A stretch of DNA of 64,000 nt, taken from assembly GCA_050303855.1 (NCBI GenBank), contig JBNLCO010000006.1, forward strand, positions 1,820-65,819. The letters run 5' to 3'. This document shows positions 1 through 8,034 of this stretch, in pieces. The DNA is from Candidatus Pacearchaeota archaeon. Lineage in GTDB: Archaea > Nanobdellota > Nanobdellia > Pacearchaeales > GW2011-AR1. Below the pieces are notes generated by a model, which worked only from the letters and a program-made list of their open reading frames with translations, searched no databases and was not told where the DNA came from. Within the stretch, counting starts at the first letter, position 1. Each line of letters starts with the position of its first letter. A program made the position numbers and the translations under genes.

Positions 1-1495
1 CAATTTTACTATTCTTAGAATTATTCTTAGGTTTATTAGTTTTTTCCTCTTTCTTAACTTCAATTTTATTAAACAAAACAGTTCCTTTCTTTATTTTTAC
101 CTTATCGCTTAAAGGTTTGTTCAATTCTTTTAAATCAATCTTAAATCCAAATTGCCTTGCAATCTTCTCTGAAGTTTCTGGGATAAAAGGCCAAAGTAAT
201 ATTGCAATTGCTTTTATTGAATCCGCCAATTCATACAAAACCTTTCCATCTTTAGTTTCCCAAGGTTTTTTATTTTGAGTATACTCATTACAAATATCTA
301 CAAAGGCAAAAATCTCATTAAGAACTTTATCAAATTCACATCCAACAAACAATTTTTCAATTTCTTTTAATTTTAATTTGTCAGAAAGTTTATTTGAAGT
401 TTTTTCAAATCCATTCTTTTCAATTAAACCAGAAACTCTAGAAACTAAATTGCCTAATTTATTTGCCAATTCATTATTATGTCTATCAATCAAAACTTGT
501 TCTGAGAAATCACCATCATCTCCAAAAGCAGTATTTCTAAGCAAGAAGTATCTTGCAGAATCAACACCTGCAATACCTATAAGTTCGTCTACATTTATTA
601 CCTTTCCCCGAGACTTTGAAATCTTTTCGTTATCAAAAGTCCACCATCCATGTGCAAAAACTTTCTTAGGCAATTCAATTCCTGCACTAAGCAACATAGC
701 AGGCCAATAAACAGTGTGGAACCAAATAATATCTTTACCAATCAAATGAACATCTGCCGGCCAGAATTTTTCTTTTCCTTTCAATCTAGTAGCAGAATAA
801 TAATTCAAAAGAGCATCAAACCAAACATATGCTATGTGTTTCTTATCAAAAGGCAATTTTATACCCCAGTCAAAACTAGTCCTAGAAATACTCAAATCTT
901 TCAATCCTTCTTCAACTCTATTTATTATCTCCTTTGAACGGTTTTTAGGAGAAATAAATTCTGGATTCTTCTTATACAAATCTAAAAGCTTCTTCTGATA
1001 CTTACTCAATTTAAAGAAATAAGTTTCCTCTTTCAAAACCTCAACGGGTTTTTTATGTATCGGACAACTTCCATCTTCAAGATCTTTTTCTGTATAATAC
1101 GCCTCACATCCAGTACAATAAAACCCTTCATAATCTCCCAAGTAAATATCTCCTTTGTCATAAACTTTCTGGAGAACTTCTTGAACCACTTTTTCATGCG
1201 CTTTATCAGTAGTTCTTATAAAATAATCATAATCAATATTTAATTTCTTCCAAGCATCCTTAAATTTAGGAATTAACTTATCAATAAACTCTTTAGGTTT
1301 TTGACCTTTTTCTTTAGCAATACTCTCAATTTTCTTACCATGATCATCAGTTCCAGTTAAAAAGAAAACATCTTTTCCCAATAACCTATTCCATCTCGCA
1401 AGGACATCTGCCGCTATAGTTGTATATGCATGGCCTATATGGGGGATGTCATTTGGATAGTATATAGGGGTTGTAACGTAAAATCTATTTGTCAT
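1..1495 (-). CDS. metG: Methionyl-tRNA synthetase. Only the N-terminal part is in the window; the 3' end runs off the window start.
   Basis: Translating the minus strand from the ATG at 1495 gives MTNRFYVTTPIYYPNDIPHIGHAYTTIAADVLARWNRLLGKDVFFLTGTDDHG. This contains the class I HIGH motif and a MetRS-type N-terminus. A KISKS (KMSKS-like) motif occurs further down. The six-frame table splits this ORF because it is truncated. Confidence 0.85.
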   Translation of the reverse strand, partial: MTNRFYVTTPIYYPNDIPHIGHAYTTIAADVLARWNRLLGKDVFFLTGTDDHGKKIESIAKEKGQKPKEFIDKLIPKFKDAWKKLNIDYDYFIRTTDKAHEKVVQEVLQKVYDKGDIYLGDYEGFYCTGCEAYYTEKDLEDGSCPIHKKPVEVLKEETYFFKLSKYQKKLLDLYKKNPEFISPKNRSKEIINRVEEGLKDLSISRTSFDWGIKLPFDKKHIAYVWFDALLNYYSATRLKGKEKFWPADVHLIGKDIIWFHTVYWPAMLLSAGIELPKKVFAHGWWTFDNEKISKSRGKVINVDELIGIAGVDSARYFLLRNTAFGDDGDFSEQVLIDRHNNELANKLGNLVSRVSGLIEKNGFEKTSNKLSDKLKLKEIEKLFVGCEFDKVLNEIFAFVDICNEYTQNKKPWETKDGKVLYELADSIKAIAILLWPFIPETSEKIARQFGFKIDLKELNKPLSDKVKIKKGTVLFNKIEVKKEEKTNKPKNNSKNSKI

Positions 1496-1540
1496 AAAAA
1501 AATCAAAAGACAAAAGTATAAAAAACTAACTAAAAGGATT

Positions 1541-2017
1541 TTAATAGGCACTATGGCCTATCAAAATACTTCTCAAACCACTCTTTTCCTTCATGGTATC
1601 AGATATGTCTACTAGTGTTGGATAGAGTTCCCTAGCGTGAGTATCTGAAAGGCCAATATCTCTCATAACAGATATATACTCTTCATCACTAATTGAATCA
1701 TCTGATCTAATACCATAGTTCAAATACATCTCTCTAGACGCCCTATTAACAGAAATAAGTCTCTGCAAATGCCTTCCTTGGTTAGGGTATTTCGAACTAA
1801 ATTCATCTATAGCAGATCTCAATTCTCTAGACTTACCTTGATTTTCATAAACAACGTCCACAATTGAAGATCCAAAATCCTTACTTTTATCAAAACCACG
1901 CTCTATGTTAGACGCAAGATTCTTTGATTTTCTGTATGCACGTTTATGTAAAGCGCTTAGAGGCACATTAAGATCATTTAGTGCTACCAATTTCCTTACC
2001 TTATTTTCGTATTCCAT
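1541..2017 (-). CDS. Hypothetical protein, about 158 aa.
   Basis: Intact ORF. GGAGG lies 6-8 nt upstream of the ATG that starts MEYENK. Local GC is slightly higher than in neighbouring genes. I recognise no motifs. Confidence 0.5.
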   Translation of the reverse strand: MEYENKVRKLVALNDLNVPLSALHKRAYRKSKNLASNIERGFDKSKDFGSSIVDVVYENQGKSRELRSAIDEFSSKYPNQGRHLQRLISVNRASREMYLNYGIRSDDSISDEEYISVMRDIGLSDTHARELYPTLVDISDTMKEKSGLRSILIGHSAY

Positions 2018-2136
2018 TTTTTGTCCTCCCACAATTTAGTTATATCTAAGATAAAATATTTGTTAATTAATTTATGAGGTGATACAATTCACCACATATT
2101 AGAAGATTTTAAAAGCTAGATTTTCCAACAAACAAT

Positions 2137-2856
2137 ATGGAATCAAAGAGTCTAAAGGATCTTGGGCTAACCCAAAATGAATCTTCAATATATAAAGCAC
2201 TATTGGAAATTGGCCCAAGTTTAGCAGGACAAATTTCAAGAAAAACAGGATTACACAGGAGAACAGTTTACGACACAACAGAAATGCTAATCCAAAAAGG
2301 CCTAATAGGATATATAATCAAAAACAATAGAAGACATTTCCAAGCATCATCCCCAGAGAAATTTTTAGATATAATAAAAGAAAAAGAGAATCTTGTAAAT
2401 GAAATACTTCCAGAAATGATGTTGATGTATAAAAACACAAATGAAAAACAAGAAACAAATTTCTACAAAGGAAGGTCTGGAATAAGAACAATATTTGAAG
2501 ACCAACTAAAAGAAAATCCAAAGGAAATACTTATTCTTGGAGGATCTCATCTAGCACATGATATAATGAGTTTCTACTTAAAATGGTATAATATGGAAAG
2601 AACAAAGAAAAAAATAAAGATGAAGATCATATTTAATGAAAAACCAAGTAAAAGAAAAATACCTCATTCGGAAGTAAGATTTCTTCCAGAAAAATATTCT
2701 TCTCCAATGGCAATAAACATTTACGGAGATAAAATTGCAATAATTTTATGGTCTAAAGAAAATCCTATTGGCATATTGATAAAAAATAAAGAAATATCCG
2801 GAGGTTATAAAAAATATTTTGAACTTATGTGGAAAGTAGCAAAAAATGAAAAATAA
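2137..2856 (+). CDS. TrmB-family transcriptional regulator.
   Basis: N-terminal winged HTH (LGLTQNESSIYKALLEIGPSLAGQISRKTGLHRRTVYDTTEMLIQKGLI) is typical of TrmB/sugar-specific archaeal regulators. A C-terminal effector-like domain follows. Confidence 0.6.
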   Translation: MESKSLKDLGLTQNESSIYKALLEIGPSLAGQISRKTGLHRRTVYDTTEMLIQKGLIGYIIKNNRRHFQASSPEKFLDIIKEKENLVNEILPEMMLMYKNTNEKQETNFYKGRSGIRTIFEDQLKENPKEILILGGSHLAHDIMSFYLKWYNMERTKKKIKMKIIFNEKPSKRKIPHSEVRFLPEKYSSPMAINIYGDKIAIILWSKENPIGILIKNKEISGGYKKYFELMWKVAKNEK

Positions 2857-4258
2857 AAAACTAACAAAAAAAGAGGCAGAATTAATCGAAAAGAAAAGAA
2901 TGAAAACGATAAAACAAAAGGCCAGAAACCTCAGTATAAAAGAAGGAATATTTGCATCCGCGAATAATTCATTCGGTGTACAATACCTCTCTCCATTTGC
3001 CATTGCAATAAATTCAAGTAATTCGCTTGTTGCAATAATGAGTTCGATTACAGGATTATTGGGCCCGTTATCCCAAATATTTGGATCTAAACTTATAGAA
3101 AAGAAAACAAGAAAAAAGGTGGTAACAAAAGGAGTTCTACTTGAGTCTATAACCTGGTTATCTTTCATAATAATAAGCATCTTATTCATAAAGGATGTAC
3201 TAAAGGAAATACTCCCTGCAATGTTCATACTATTTTTCTCTGTATATACCATATTTTTTGGATTAATTGTTCCAGGATGGTTTTCCTGGACAGGAGATAT
3301 TGTAAGTGATAAATACAGAGGCAGATGGTTTGCAAAAAGAAACCTTCTAGTAGGATTTACTCTACTAGTTCTAACAATAGGCGCATCTTATTTCTTAGAG
3401 TATATGAAAGAAAATGAAATGGCAATGATCGGTTTCATAACACTATTTTCCCTAGCATTCATCACAAGAATTATCTGTTATAGCATATTTAAAAAAGAAT
3501 ACGAGCCCAAATTAAAAATAAAGCCAGGAAAGCATTTTTCATTTATTGAATTCATTATGAAAGCTCCAAAAACCAATTTTGGAAAGTTCTCAATATTTAG
3601 GTTATTCTTTTCGTTTACAGTTACAATTGCAAACTCACTATTAGCGGTTTATCTCTTAAGGACACTAAATATGAGTTATTCAAACTATATATTAATTCTG
3701 TTATCTGCAACATTCTTCTCGTTACTAGTAACAGAAATTTGGGGGAAAATTGCAGACAAATACGGAAATTATAAAGTCCTTGCAATAACAATGATATTAA
3801 TTCCAATAATTCCAATACTATGGATCCTAGACACTTCATTAATATATCTTATACTCGTCCCTGGACTCGTAAGGGGAATAGGTTGGGCAGGATTTAACCT
3901 TTCCTCAGGAAATTTCATATATGACAATGTATCTCAAGAAAAAAGAGGTGTTGCAGTATCATATTTCAATATGATGATGGGAATTGGAATCTTCCTTGGA
4001 GGAATAGTTGGGGCATTCCTTATAACATTCATAGATCCAACAATAGTATCTCCAATAAAGATAATATTCCTAATAAGTGCTATATCCAGCATAATGGTGG
4101 TTGCACTATTTATAGACAGAATAAAAGAAGTAAAAAACAAAAAGAAAGAAAAAGATCCAAAAGCATTTAGAAAATTCCTAATAAAAAAAATACGTCCAAC
4201 TCTTTCAGAAGAAGTACACCAAATAATGGAAATGAAGAGATATGTATGGAAAAAATAA
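2846..4258 (+). CDS. MFS-type membrane transporter.
   Basis: 470 aa with about 12 predicted hydrophobic helices arranged in two halves. Start overlaps the upstream gene by 11 nt. Confidence 0.6.
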   Translation: MKNKKLTKKEAELIEKKRMKTIKQKARNLSIKEGIFASANNSFGVQYLSPFAIAINSSNSLVAIMSSITGLLGPLSQIFGSKLIEKKTRKKVVTKGVLLESITWLSFIIISILFIKDVLKEILPAMFILFFSVYTIFFGLIVPGWFSWTGDIVSDKYRGRWFAKRNLLVGFTLLVLTIGASYFLEYMKENEMAMIGFITLFSLAFITRIICYSIFKKEYEPKLKIKPGKHFSFIEFIMKAPKTNFGKFSIFRLFFSFTVTIANSLLAVYLLRTLNMSYSNYILILLSATFFSLLVTEIWGKIADKYGNYKVLAITMILIPIIPILWILDTSLIYLILVPGLVRGIGWAGFNLSSGNFIYDNVSQEKRGVAVSYFNMMMGIGIFLGGIVGAFLITFIDPTIVSPIKIIFLISAISSIMVVALFIDRIKEVKNKKKEKDPKAFRKFLIKKIRPTLSEEVHQIMEMKRYVWKK

Positions 4259-4959
4259 ACAAAAACATATATAAAAACTCTCATCCTGAGAAAGAAATGT
4301 TCAACAAAAAAACTTGTTCTAAATGTGGAAGGAAAACGGGAAAAGATCACAATTTCTGCCATTCATGTGGAAGCATGCTAAATTCCAAAGAAAATAAGCA
4401 AGAATGGGGAATGATTGGAAAGAATGATCTAGAAGGAAGGCCTCCTCAAAATATACCTGGACTATTTGGAGGAATAAGTGGAAAGATCATTGATAAAATG
4501 ATAAATAGTACAATGAAAATGCTTGAAAAAGAAATGCAAAATAACACAAGAAATATGAACCCAAATCCAAACATAAATTCCAATTTTGAACTATATATAA
4601 ACGGAAAAAGAGTAAGTCCCGATAAAATAAAAGTGACAAATCATATGTCAAAAGAAATACCTGAAATACAGACCTCTCAAAACAAATTCTTCTCAACAGA
4701 AAAAACAAAGACTTTTGCAAATCTGCCAAAAGACGAACCAAAAACAAATCTTCGAAGACTTTCAGATAAAATAATTTATGAAATAGAACTACCGGGAGTA
4801 AAAAGTGTAGAAGATATCTCAATAGTAAAGCTTGAAAATAGCATAGAAATAAAGGCATTATCAAAAGAAAGGGCATATTCAAAAACAGTTCCTTTTGATT
4901 TAAAAATCTCAAAATACAATCTTTCTAAAGAAAAGCTTATTTTGGAGCTTTCAGAGTAA
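4246..4959 (+). CDS. Zinc-ribbon protein with a C-terminal Hsp20/alpha-crystallin-like domain.
   Basis: N-terminal CSKCG...CHSCG zinc ribbon. C-terminal IYEIELPGVKSVEDISIVKLENSIEIKALSKERAYSKTVPFDLKISKYNLSKEKLILEL resembles the archaeal sHSP ACD core (xxVDLPGVKKEDIKV...LTI...). Confidence 0.55.
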   Translation: MEKINKNIYKNSHPEKEMFNKKTCSKCGRKTGKDHNFCHSCGSMLNSKENKQEWGMIGKNDLEGRPPQNIPGLFGGISGKIIDKMINSTMKMLEKEMQNNTRNMNPNPNINSNFELYINGKRVSPDKIKVTNHMSKEIPEIQTSQNKFFSTEKTKTFANLPKDEPKTNLRRLSDKIIYEIELPGVKSVEDISIVKLENSIEIKALSKERAYSKTVPFDLKISKYNLSKEKLILELSE

Positions 4960-4968
4960 TTCATAAAT

Positions 4969-4976
4969 TTTATAAA
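4969..4976 (+). promoter_or_regulatory. Archaeal TATA box (TTTATAAA) about 28 bp upstream of tRNA-Ile.
   Basis: TTTATAAA is centred about 29 nt before the tRNA 5' end. This spacing is canonical for archaeal BRE/TATA promoters. Confidence 0.45.
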
Positions 4977-5000
4977 CAAATTAAATCTGGTTTTTACAAT

Positions 5001-5075
5001 GAGGCTATAGCTCAGTCTGGTCAGAGCATCGTCCTGATACGGCGGGGGTCCAAGGTTCAAATCCTTGTAGCCTCA
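5001..5075 (+). tRNA. tRNA-Ile (anticodon GAT).
   Basis: Hand-folded cloverleaf. Acceptor GAGGCTA/TAGCCTC. D-arm GCTC..GAGC. Anticodon stem TCGTC/GGCGG with two G-U pairs. Loop CTGATAC. T-arm CAAGG-TTCAAAT-CCTTG. Discriminator A. No encoded CCA. Confidence 0.85.
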
Positions 5076-5124
5076 TTTTCTTTCAAGAAGAAAGACTTTT
5101 AAGTATAAAGCACCTTTAGAAGAC

Positions 5125-5430
5125 ATGTCAAAAAAAGCCAAGGTGATTTGGGGCATAATAATGATTATCGTTGGAATTATTCTAATCGTTCTAGGTTTCA
5201 CAAAAATTTCAGGAGTCGTCTCGAACCTTGGAAGTGAAAGTATTGGAGGAGCTGGAATCGGAATGGCATTAATATTGATAGGTTTCGTACTTGCAGCAGC
5301 AGGAGGAATAATAATTTACTTTGCAAATATGAAGAAATTGGTTGAATATTCAACAAACATGACTACAAATCAATCCGAGAAAATGGGTGAAGCAAGGGGA
5401 AGAGGAATGGCCAAAAGAATGAAAAAGTAA
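5125..5430 (+). CDS. Small membrane protein, 101 aa, with two hydrophobic helices.
   Basis: The ORF carries two long hydrophobic stretches. Confidence 0.4.
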   Translation: MSKKAKVIWGIIMIIVGIILIVLGFTKISGVVSNLGSESIGGAGIGMALILIGFVLAAAGGIIIYFANMKKLVEYSTNMTTNQSEKMGEARGRGMAKRMKK

Positions 5431-5477
5431 ATTATCCAAATCTAAAGCTTTTTAAATCAATTTTTTCTACATAATCC

Positions 5478-6050
5478 ATGACAAAAGGTATGTACCACTT
5501 TATAAAACAGGCATGGAAAAAACCAGATACAAAAACTCTAAGAGAGAGAATGGTAGAATGGCGTGCATCAGAAGCTCAAGTCAAAGTTGATAAACCGCTT
5601 AGACTAGATAGAGCAAGAACGCTTGGATATAAAGACAAAAAAGGTTTCTCAATAATAAGAATAAGGGTTAAGAGAGGGGGACATAAAAGAGAAAGGCCCA
5701 ACAAAGGTAGAAGGGGTAAAAGACTACATACCAGAAAGAATCTGAAGATGTCCTACAAATGGATCGCAGAACAAAGAGTTCAAAACAAACACAAGAATCT
5801 TGAGGTATTAAATTCATATTTAATTGGAAAAGATGGTATCTATTATTTCTACGAAGTAATATGTATTGATCCTCAGAGACCAGAAATCAAAAACAACAAA
5901 GATACTTCTTGGGTAAAAAGAACTGCCAACAAAAAGAGAGTTCTTAGAGGCCTTACAAGCGCAGCAAAGAAGTCTAGAGGATTAAGAGATAAATCCCCTA
6001 CAAACAAAGCTAGACCAAGTGTAAGGACTGGAAAATCAAGAGGAAAGTAA
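5478..6050 (+). CDS. rpl15e: 50S ribosomal protein L15e.
   Basis: MTKGMYHFIKQAWKKPDTK...RIRVKRGGHKRERPNKGRRGKR matches the L15e family N-terminus and its basic core. Confidence 0.85.
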   Translation: MTKGMYHFIKQAWKKPDTKTLRERMVEWRASEAQVKVDKPLRLDRARTLGYKDKKGFSIIRIRVKRGGHKRERPNKGRRGKRLHTRKNLKMSYKWIAEQRVQNKHKNLEVLNSYLIGKDGIYYFYEVICIDPQRPEIKNNKDTSWVKRTANKKRVLRGLTSAAKKSRGLRDKSPTNKARPSVRTGKSRGK

Positions 6051-6087
6051 TCCAAAATTATATAAATAATTATGAATTAGCCCCTTT

Positions 6088-6372
6088 ATGCTATCAAAAT
6101 TTCCAATAGATTTAGACAAAGTTTCTCCAGAAAATATTGATAAAGAAATTCTCAGACTAGGATTAATTGCGGAATTAGATGCAATAAACCTTTACGAGCA
6201 ATTATCTGAGAAAGCCCAAAATCCAGACGTAAAGAAAATAATTCTTGCAGTTGCAAAAGAAGAAAAAGAACATGTGGGGGAATTTCAAGCACTACTTCTG
6301 AAATATGACCCTGAACAAGTAAAAGAACTAGAAGAAGGAAAAAAAGAAGTTGAAGAAATAACTAAAAAATAA
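6088..6372 (+). CDS. Ferritin-like/rubrerythrin-family small protein.
   Basis: Helical protein with EExEH-type motifs (AKEEKEHVGEF) typical of the ferritin-like diiron superfamily. It sits next to a zinc-ribbon protein and SOD. Confidence 0.45.
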   Translation: MLSKFPIDLDKVSPENIDKEILRLGLIAELDAINLYEQLSEKAQNPDVKKIILAVAKEEKEHVGEFQALLLKYDPEQVKELEEGKKEVEEITKK

Positions 6373-6373
6373 A

Positions 6374-6631
6374 ATGTCTATTCCTATATGTCAAAGTTGT
6401 GGTATGCCTTTAAACAAAGAAGAAAACCGTGGAACAAATTCCGATAATTCTAAATCAGAAGAATATTGCAAATTCTGTTTTCAAGAGGGGAAATTTACTG
6501 ATCCCGAAAGAACAATGGAAGAACAAATTAATTCAGGTATAGAAATGTCCAAGAAACTCTGGATACCTGAAGAAAAGGCAAGAGAGATTGCTTATAATAC
6601 AATACCCAAATTAAAGAGATGGTCAAAATGA
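6374..6631 (+). CDS. Zinc-ribbon domain protein.
   Basis: CQSCGMPL ... CKFCFQEG four-Cys motif. The start overlaps the previous stop (ATGA). Confidence 0.5.
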   Translation: MSIPICQSCGMPLNKEENRGTNSDNSKSEEYCKFCFQEGKFTDPERTMEEQINSGIEMSKKLWIPEEKAREIAYNTIPKLKRWSK

Positions 6632-6863
6632 AACTCAAACCAAGATATGATGCAATAATTCAAAAACTAAATGAACAAGACAAAGTTAGTTATGCGAAGA
6701 TTGAAAATACAGAATACTACAAATGAGCAAAGAAAATAAAGGATAACGAGAAATCTAATTTAAAAAGCAAAGGAATAGTAAGAAGAGTTTTAGTTGAAGA
6801 ATTTCCAAATAAATTTTATTAAAGAACCAAAAATCTTATATATGAAAACCTATTCATAAAAAC

Positions 6864-7481
6864 ATGGCACACGAATTTTCAGACTTACCTTATGCATATG
6901 ATTCTTTAGAACCCTATATAGACAAAGAAACTATGCAAATACACCACGATAAGCATCATAAAGCTTACTTCGATAAATTCTTAATAGCAATAAAAGACTA
7001 CCCCGAATTACAAGATAAACCTGTTAAAGATATTTTGGCAGATTTAGACAATATATCAGAACAAATAAAGCAAGCAGTAATAAACAACGGAGGAGGATAT
7101 TACAACCACGATTTCTTCTGGTCAATACTAAAGAAAGAAATTCCTTTCAAAGCAGATTCAGAAATAGGTCAAGCAATTGTAGAAAAATTTGGAGGATTCG
7201 AAGGGTTCAAAGAAGAATTTACAAAAGCGGCTACAACTCAATTTGGAAGTGGATGGGCTTGGTTAGTTATGGATAAACATTCAAAACAAATTGAAATAAT
7301 AAAAACCTCAAACCAAGATTGTCCTCTAAGCATAGATAAAACACCATTATTAGGAATTGATGTATGGGAACATAGTTATTATCTAAAGTACAAAAATGAC
7401 AGGAAATCTTATGTAGATGCATTTTGGAACGTCGTAAATTGGAATGAGATCGAAGAATTATACAAAAAAGCAAAAGAATAA
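6864..7481 (+). CDS. sod: Fe/Mn superoxide dismutase.
   Basis: LPYAYDSLEPYIDKETMQIHHDKHHKAYF and DVWEHSYYLKYKNDRKSYVDAFWNVVNW are signature Fe/Mn-SOD motifs. Confidence 0.9.
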   Translation: MAHEFSDLPYAYDSLEPYIDKETMQIHHDKHHKAYFDKFLIAIKDYPELQDKPVKDILADLDNISEQIKQAVINNGGGYYNHDFFWSILKKEIPFKADSEIGQAIVEKFGGFEGFKEEFTKAATTQFGSGWAWLVMDKHSKQIEIIKTSNQDCPLSIDKTPLLGIDVWEHSYYLKYKNDRKSYVDAFWNVVNWNEIEELYKKAKE

Positions 7482-7515
7482 GAAATTCTAAAAACCCCTA
7501 AACATTAATAATTCC

Positions 7516-7830
7516 ATGAAAGCCAAAAAATTCTCATTACCTGCAAAAATCGTCTCAATTTTATACATAATTCTAATCACAATGTTTGCCTTTGAAGTAC
7601 CCCTATTAAGTGCGGCATTCATAATTCATCTTATCCCAACAGTAATATTTACAGCAATACTAATTGCCGCTTGGATAAAACCCCAAATAGGTGGAATAGC
7701 ATTCATAATCGCAGGAATATTAACAATAATATTCTTCCATACTTACAGAGAGATAATAACCCTATTCTCAATATCCTTGATCCCAATAGTCGTAGGGATA
7801 TTATTCATATTATCGGATAAAAAGCATTAA
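7516..7830 (+). CDS. Small polytopic membrane protein, 104 aa.
   Basis: About three hydrophobic helices. Confidence 0.4.
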   Translation: MKAKKFSLPAKIVSILYIILITMFAFEVPLLSAAFIIHLIPTVIFTAILIAAWIKPQIGGIAFIIAGILTIIFFHTYREIITLFSISLIPIVVGILFILSDKKH

Positions 7831-7860
7831 TCTTTTATTCTCAATTTTACTTCCTAAAAA

Positions 7861-7986
7861 GGCAATAGTGCTGAATACCTGAGTTATTCTAGGTCTTAGC
7901 AAAACTCGTGAAATCCCATCCTAGACAATGGATCAGCAAGCAGCACTCCAGGAAATAAAGGTGTCATAATACCTGGCTCGATTGCC
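7861..7986 (+). rRNA. Candidate 5S rRNA (126 nt).
   Basis: A GC-rich island in an AT-rich intergenic region. Terminal helix GGCAAT/ATTGCC. Helix AGTGCTG/CAGCACT encloses a 5' arm (TCTAGG/CCTAGA). A 3' hairpin CCAGG...CCTGG follows. This three-way junction has 5S topology. The motifs CCCAUCC, GGAUCAGCAAGCAG and GGUGUC...AAUACC resemble conserved 5S rRNA loop C/helix II and the 3' arm (compare Xenopus GGAAGCCAAGCAG and GAAUACCAGGUGUC). A TATA-like CTTTTATT lies about 27 bp upstream. Confidence 0.5.
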
Positions 7987-8034
7987 AATAAGATTAAAAA
8001 CTATTTTCTCATTGAAATATAAAAGAGAAGAAAA

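Noticed and set aside
378-1243. Plus-strand ORFs (378-710, 650-937, 1055-1243) overlapping the MetRS gene
   Set aside because: They are antisense to a well-supported MetRS reading frame and their sequence is low-complexity. They are spurious.
7861-7986. Considered the GC-rich island as a tRNA, SRP RNA or C/D sRNA
   Set aside because: It has no T-loop or D-arm consensus. It is too short for archaeal SRP RNA and lacks clear C/D boxes. The 5S three-way junction topology fits better.
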